In this document: in pieces, positions 27,532 through 31,365 of the stretch
How positions within the stretch are numbered: the first letter of the stretch is position 1
Layout of the letters: the number at the start of each line of letters is the position of its first letter
Assembly (NCBI GenBank): GCA_036444275.1
Contig: JAZGAD010000023.1
Location: 1-31,365 of the forward strand
DNA length: 31,365 nt
Reading direction: 5' to 3'
DNA from: Candidatus Hydrothermarchaeales archaeon
GTDB lineage: Archaea; Hydrothermarchaeota; Hydrothermarchaeia; Hydrothermarchaeales; JAZGAD01
Translations under genes and position numbers: made by a program
The notes under the pieces: generated by a model
Told to the model about the DNA's origin: nothing
The model's input: the letters and a program-made list of their open reading frames with translations, nothing else
Databases searched by the model: none

Positions 27532-28608
27532 TTATCCTTCGAAAAATTTATCCCCTACCAGCACACCTCTGATATCGCAGCCTTCGTAACGGTGTATTAT
27601 TGCTAGGATAGAGTCGTATATATAATTTCTCCTCCTAAGGATAATAAAGATCGCCCTAGCTCCCTCTTGGATGGCGTTACTCTCTAGGCCTAGCATCCTT
27701 CGTCCGTTGAGAGTAGCGGCCTTCAATATCTCTTTAGCTTGGAATTCGTGGTCCCTACTCAAGCCGCGTAGTACCTTAAAAGTGAACTCCATTTCTCTGA
27801 ACATGTTTAGGGAGTTCACCATCACGTTGTCGGTGCCCAGTGCAACCAGCCCATTGGAGAAGATATCTCTAAGCTCCGGGATGCCTATTGCGAGCATTGC
27901 ATTAGCTCTGGGGCAGAGGACAATGGGTACCTTGGCTTCGAAGCATGCCTCTAGACTCTCTCTTGAAGCATTGGTGGCGTGCACTATGAAATTAGGCTCC
28001 AGCTTCAAAGCATCCCGTATATCGTCCTCCACTTCACCAGCATGAATCGCAAGGAGCTTCCCACGCTTTTTAACCTCTTTTGCAATAGCGTGTAGCTCCC
28101 TGCTTGGATAATCGGCAACCCCGCTTATACCTATTCCATCAGCTTCACCTAGTACTGCACTGAGATCGCCGTTCGGCCTTCCAAGGATTACCGCCTCATG
28201 GTGCTTTACTAAGCGTCTGAGCAGCCGGACTCCATGGGTTCCTCCTTCCCGGAAATCACAAAAAGTAGTGACGCCGAGTTTCAACATTTCCTCCAAAGAA
28301 GCACGCATAGCAGTGCGTATACGTTCGTCTTTCTCCCTCAAGATTTCGAATTTCAAACCCTTTTTACCTACCCTATCCGCTATATGCTCGTAGGCCCCTA
28401 GGTCCTGTGCTATAGAGTCCCCGAGGTGCACATGGGCATTGGTAAATGCAGGAAAAACTATCCCTTTTTTGAGATCTATGGCATGCTTATAAGGGCACCT
28501 CCCGCTCCCGATTTCAGTGATGTATCCTCCATCAACCGAGAGGTATCCCCTTGTTGCCTCTAGGTCTTCTCCTTCCAGGATTGTTGCGTTTTTAAAGACT
28601 CGTTTCAT
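27532..28608 (-). CDS. Amidohydrolase-superfamily protein (deaminase-like)
   Basis: NAHVHLGD, IHAGE, VHAT, CPRAN and LGTDN metal-binding motifs. Confidence 0.9.
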   Translation of the reverse strand: MKRVFKNATILEGEDLEATRGYLSVDGGYITEIGSGRCPYKHAIDLKKGIVFPAFTNAHVHLGDSIAQDLGAYEHIADRVGKKGLKFEILREKDERIRTAMRASLEEMLKLGVTTFCDFREGGTHGVRLLRRLVKHHEAVILGRPNGDLSAVLGEADGIGISGVADYPSRELHAIAKEVKKRGKLLAIHAGEVEDDIRDALKLEPNFIVHATNASRESLEACFEAKVPIVLCPRANAMLAIGIPELRDIFSNGLVALGTDNVMVNSLNMFREMEFTFKVLRGLSRDHEFQAKEILKAATLNGRRMLGLESNAIQEGARAIFIILRRRNYIYDSILAIIHRYEGCDIRGVLVGDKFFEG

Positions 28609-28622
28609 CGCTTTTCCCAGCG

Positions 28623-28910
28623 CTATTTATTGCATGAACAGGGAATGTTTCCACAGTATCTGCAGTGGCCGGGGTATTTCTTCTCCAAGAGCTCCTCTAT
28701 ATTCATGTCAAGAATATTAGCCAGAGAGACCACCCAGGCTATTACATCGGCCATCTCCTCGCCGAGGGCATCTTCATCATCCTTCCTCATAGCACGAGAG
28801 AGCTCTCCCACTTCCTCTGTAAGCCAGAGAAGAGTCTTGTCTTTCCCTCTTTGCACATCTCTTTGATAGTATAAACGCTTCATCAGCTCCTGAAATTCCT
28901 TCACTTGCAT
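28623..28910 (-). CDS. MazG-like nucleotide pyrophosphohydrolase (probable ATG start 28910)
   Basis: WLTEEVGEL, EEMADVIAW.SLAN; C-terminal KYPGHCRYCGNIPCSC Zn motif. Confidence 0.92.
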   Translation of the reverse strand: MQVKEFQELMKRLYYQRDVQRGKDKTLLWLTEEVGELSRAMRKDDEDALGEEMADVIAWVVSLANILDMNIEELLEKKYPGHCRYCGNIPCSCNK

Positions 28911-28974
28911 TATACTCAACTAGGGTAGTAGATTTAGATAAGGCTTTTTATTAAGCATTATAATAGATGAGGAC

Positions 28975-29763
28975 ATGATCATCCTTAAGTTAGGCGGCAG
29001 CCTGATTACAGATAAAAAAAGAAGATTCTCTGTTAGGGGAGAAGTGCTCAAGAGGGTTGCAGCGGAAATCAGAGAGGCTGGTGTCACTGCGGAGGGGGGT
29101 CTCATTATCATCCATGGTGGGGGCAGCTTTGGGCATCCACTGGCAAAGGAATACAAGCTCCAGAAAGGCTCGAAGGTAGAGGAACAGATACAGGGGGTTG
29201 CTCTAACTAGGAAGGCTATGGGAGAGCTTAACAACTGTGTGGTGAGCGCGTTGGTGGAACAGGACATTCCAGCTGTAGTTATACAATCCTCGGCAGTCGT
29301 GGTTTGCAGAGATGGAAGGATTCACGAGTTTAATTTGGAAGCATTAAAAGGATTCCTTACATTGGGCTTAGTGCCAGTGCTTTATGGAGATGTAGTCCTA
29401 GACGAAGAGCAGGGGTTCTGCATCCTGTCTGGAGACCAAATAGTGTCCTATCTTTCTAGAATTTTCAAGCCTGACAAGATCGTCCTAGCTACAGATGTGG
29501 ATGGAGTTTTCGATAAGGATCCAAAGAAGTCGAAGAATGCAAAGCTCCTGAAAGAATTGGCAAACAGGGATTTACATGCTATAGATTTCGGTTTAGAGGA
29601 AGACGCTACAGGTGGTATAAGAGGCAAGCTCCTAGAGTTATTGGAGCTGGCAGAGGAAGGCTTCCAATCCCACATAATTAATGCCTTGAAAGAGGATAGA
29701 ATGAAGAAAGCTTTATTGGGAAAGGAAGTAATAGGCACAAAGATCAGGAGCAATACTAGATGA
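28975..29763 (+). CDS. ipk: Isopentenyl phosphate kinase
   Basis: LKLGGSLITDK, HGGGSFGH, PVLYGD, LSGD, TDVDGVF, DATGG; adjacent to fni. Confidence 0.93.
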   Translation: MIILKLGGSLITDKKRRFSVRGEVLKRVAAEIREAGVTAEGGLIIIHGGGSFGHPLAKEYKLQKGSKVEEQIQGVALTRKAMGELNNCVVSALVEQDIPAVVIQSSAVVVCRDGRIHEFNLEALKGFLTLGLVPVLYGDVVLDEEQGFCILSGDQIVSYLSRIFKPDKIVLATDVDGVFDKDPKKSKNAKLLKELANRDLHAIDFGLEEDATGGIRGKLLELLELAEEGFQSHIINALKEDRMKKALLGKEVIGTKIRSNTR

Positions 29764-30827
29764 TAAATTCAAGGAAGTTCGAGCATATCATGATAGCCCT
29801 CGAAGAGGAAATCGAGAGTAGGATAAAAAACGGCTTTGAAGACGTCATCCTAGTGCATAGGGCTCTTCCAGAAGTCGATAAGGATGGGATAGATGTAAAA
29901 ACAGATTTCTTCGGGAAAGAGGTAGCGGCACCCATCATGATAGCTGGCATGACCGGGGGGCATGAGAAGACCGAAGAGATAAACAAGAATCTAGCTTTGG
30001 CTGCGCAAGAGCTGGGCATACCCATGGGAGTTGGGAGTCAGAGAGCTGCTTTAGAAGATGAAAGGCTCGCCTCTACATATTCGATCGTTAGGGAAGTTGC
30101 GCCTGATGCATTCCTTATAGCGAACCTCGGGGGTGTGCAGTTCTCCAAGGACTATGGTTTGGAAGAGGCTAGGAAGGCGGTGGAGATGATCTCTGCTGAC
30201 GCCTTAGCTATTCACCTAAATCCCCTGCAGGAGGCTATACAGCCGGAGGGAGATGTTGATTTCAAAGGCTGCCTAGAGAATTTGGAGAAGCTTAAGGACC
30301 TGGGCGTCCCTATAATCGCTAAGGAGACTGGCGCTGGAATTGCTAGGGAGGAAGCTATGCGCTTAGAAAGGGCAGGCATTGCTGGAATAGACGTTGGAGG
30401 CCTAGGTGGTACATCCTTTGCTGCTGTTGAACACTACCGGAGCAAAACAAACTATGGAAAGCTCTATTGGGACTGGGGGATACCTACTGCTGTCTCAACC
30501 ATAGAGTGCATCGAACATACGAAGTTACCAGTCATCTCCACAGGCGGCATAAGAAACGGTTTAGAGGTTGCCAAAGCCCTGGCTCTAGGAGCCATAGCGT
30601 GTGGAATCGGCCTTCCACTTCTACGAAAGGCGGTAAAGAGTTCTAGAGAAGTGATCGGAGAGCTCTCTACGGTTATAGAGGCGCTTAAGATAGCAATGTT
30701 CTTGGTAGGAGCAGAAAACATAAAAGAACTGCGAGAGCAAGATATTATCATTGTGGGAAAGACGAGGGAATGGCTGGAGGCGAGGGGCATCGATTATGGG
30801 AAGTATGCAAATAGAAGCAAGCTCTAA
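29760..30827 (+). CDS. fni: Type 2 isopentenyl-diphosphate delta-isomerase
   Basis: RKFEH, GMTGG, MGVGSQR, HLNPLQE, KETGAG, GGTSF, WGIPT, GGIRNG; ATGA overlap with ipk. Confidence 0.97.
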   Translation: MINSRKFEHIMIALEEEIESRIKNGFEDVILVHRALPEVDKDGIDVKTDFFGKEVAAPIMIAGMTGGHEKTEEINKNLALAAQELGIPMGVGSQRAALEDERLASTYSIVREVAPDAFLIANLGGVQFSKDYGLEEARKAVEMISADALAIHLNPLQEAIQPEGDVDFKGCLENLEKLKDLGVPIIAKETGAGIAREEAMRLERAGIAGIDVGGLGGTSFAAVEHYRSKTNYGKLYWDWGIPTAVSTIECIEHTKLPVISTGGIRNGLEVAKALALGAIACGIGLPLLRKAVKSSREVIGELSTVIEALKIAMFLVGAENIKELREQDIIIVGKTREWLEARGIDYGKYANRSKL

Positions 30828-30859
30828 TATTCTATTAGGTTAGGTTAGGTGATATTAAA

Positions 30860-31365
30860 ATGGATTTCATAGCTGTAGGAGGATACGGAGAGGTAGGGCG
30901 GAATATGACTTACCTCAGGGAGGGTAATGATGCGATAATACTGGACATGGGGATAAGGCTGGATAGAGTTCTCATCCATGAGGATACTGATATCTCCAAG
31001 ATGAGCCAGGCGGAGCTTATCGCAAGGGGTATAATCCCTGATAATTCCGTCATTACGGGTGGTGTCAAGGCAATAATTCTGGGGCATGGGCATCTGGATC
31101 ACATAGGGGCTGTCTCCGTCTACTACGACAAGTACAAGGATGTGCCCATTATAGGAACGCCGTATACTATAGAGCTTATAAAGCGGGAGCTAAGAAATAA
31201 GAAAGCTCGCCTCTACCCCCTAGAGATGGGCAGTACTTTCCGTATTTCCCCTAGTATGAGCGTGGAGTTCGTAAGGATAAGTCACAGTATACCTCAGACC
31301 GTTATGGTAGTTGTGCATACTCCGAAGGGGCGATACGTCTATGTCAATGACTTCAAGTTGGATGA
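30860..31365 (+). CDS. rnj: Ribonuclease J (partial, runs off window end)
   Basis: Hand translation MDFIAVGGYGEVGRNMT...LDMGIRLD...GHGHLDHIGA...SHSIPQ...NDFKLD; AGGTGA RBS; usual position after fni. Not in the ORF track. Confidence 0.93.
   Translation, partial: MDFIAVGGYGEVGRNMTYLREGNDAIILDMGIRLDRVLIHEDTDISKMSQAELIARGIIPDNSVITGGVKAIILGHGHLDHIGAVSVYYDKYKDVPIIGTPYTIELIKRELRNKKARLYPLEMGSTFRISPSMSVEFVRISHSIPQTVMVVVHTPKGRYVYVNDFKLD

Noticed and set aside
30845-31102. 85-aa minus-strand ORF
   Set aside because: It is antisense to the RNase J gene that starts at 30860.

Overview
Archaeal chromosomal segment; gene content and order look euryarchaeal (PolD, RadB, R15P isomerase, IPK-fni-RNase J), and a Hydrothermarchaeota-like source is my unverified guess. 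The core of the window is a likely replication origin (about 22666-23210) with several ORB boxes and AT-rich tracts. It lies upstream of a cdc6-DP1-DP2-radB operon and is flanked on the other side by an orphan 174-aa winged-helix-like gene whose stop codon lies inside an ORB-like box. Housekeeping genes include valS, glyS, a class I aminotransferase, a MenA-like prenyltransferase, a MazG-amidohydrolase-USP-CBS cluster, the start of the ipk-fni-rnj cluster and the 3' end of archease. There are two AT-rich accessory patches. One (about 4300-7500) holds a truncated wHTH gene, an unannotated RHH gene, a 611-aa surface protein, DUF5678 with a truncated partner, and an IS6-like end. The other (about 14100-15100) holds a PIN toxin-antitoxin pair next to a truA 5' fragment. 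I found no rRNA, tRNA, CRISPR array, intact transposase or intein.
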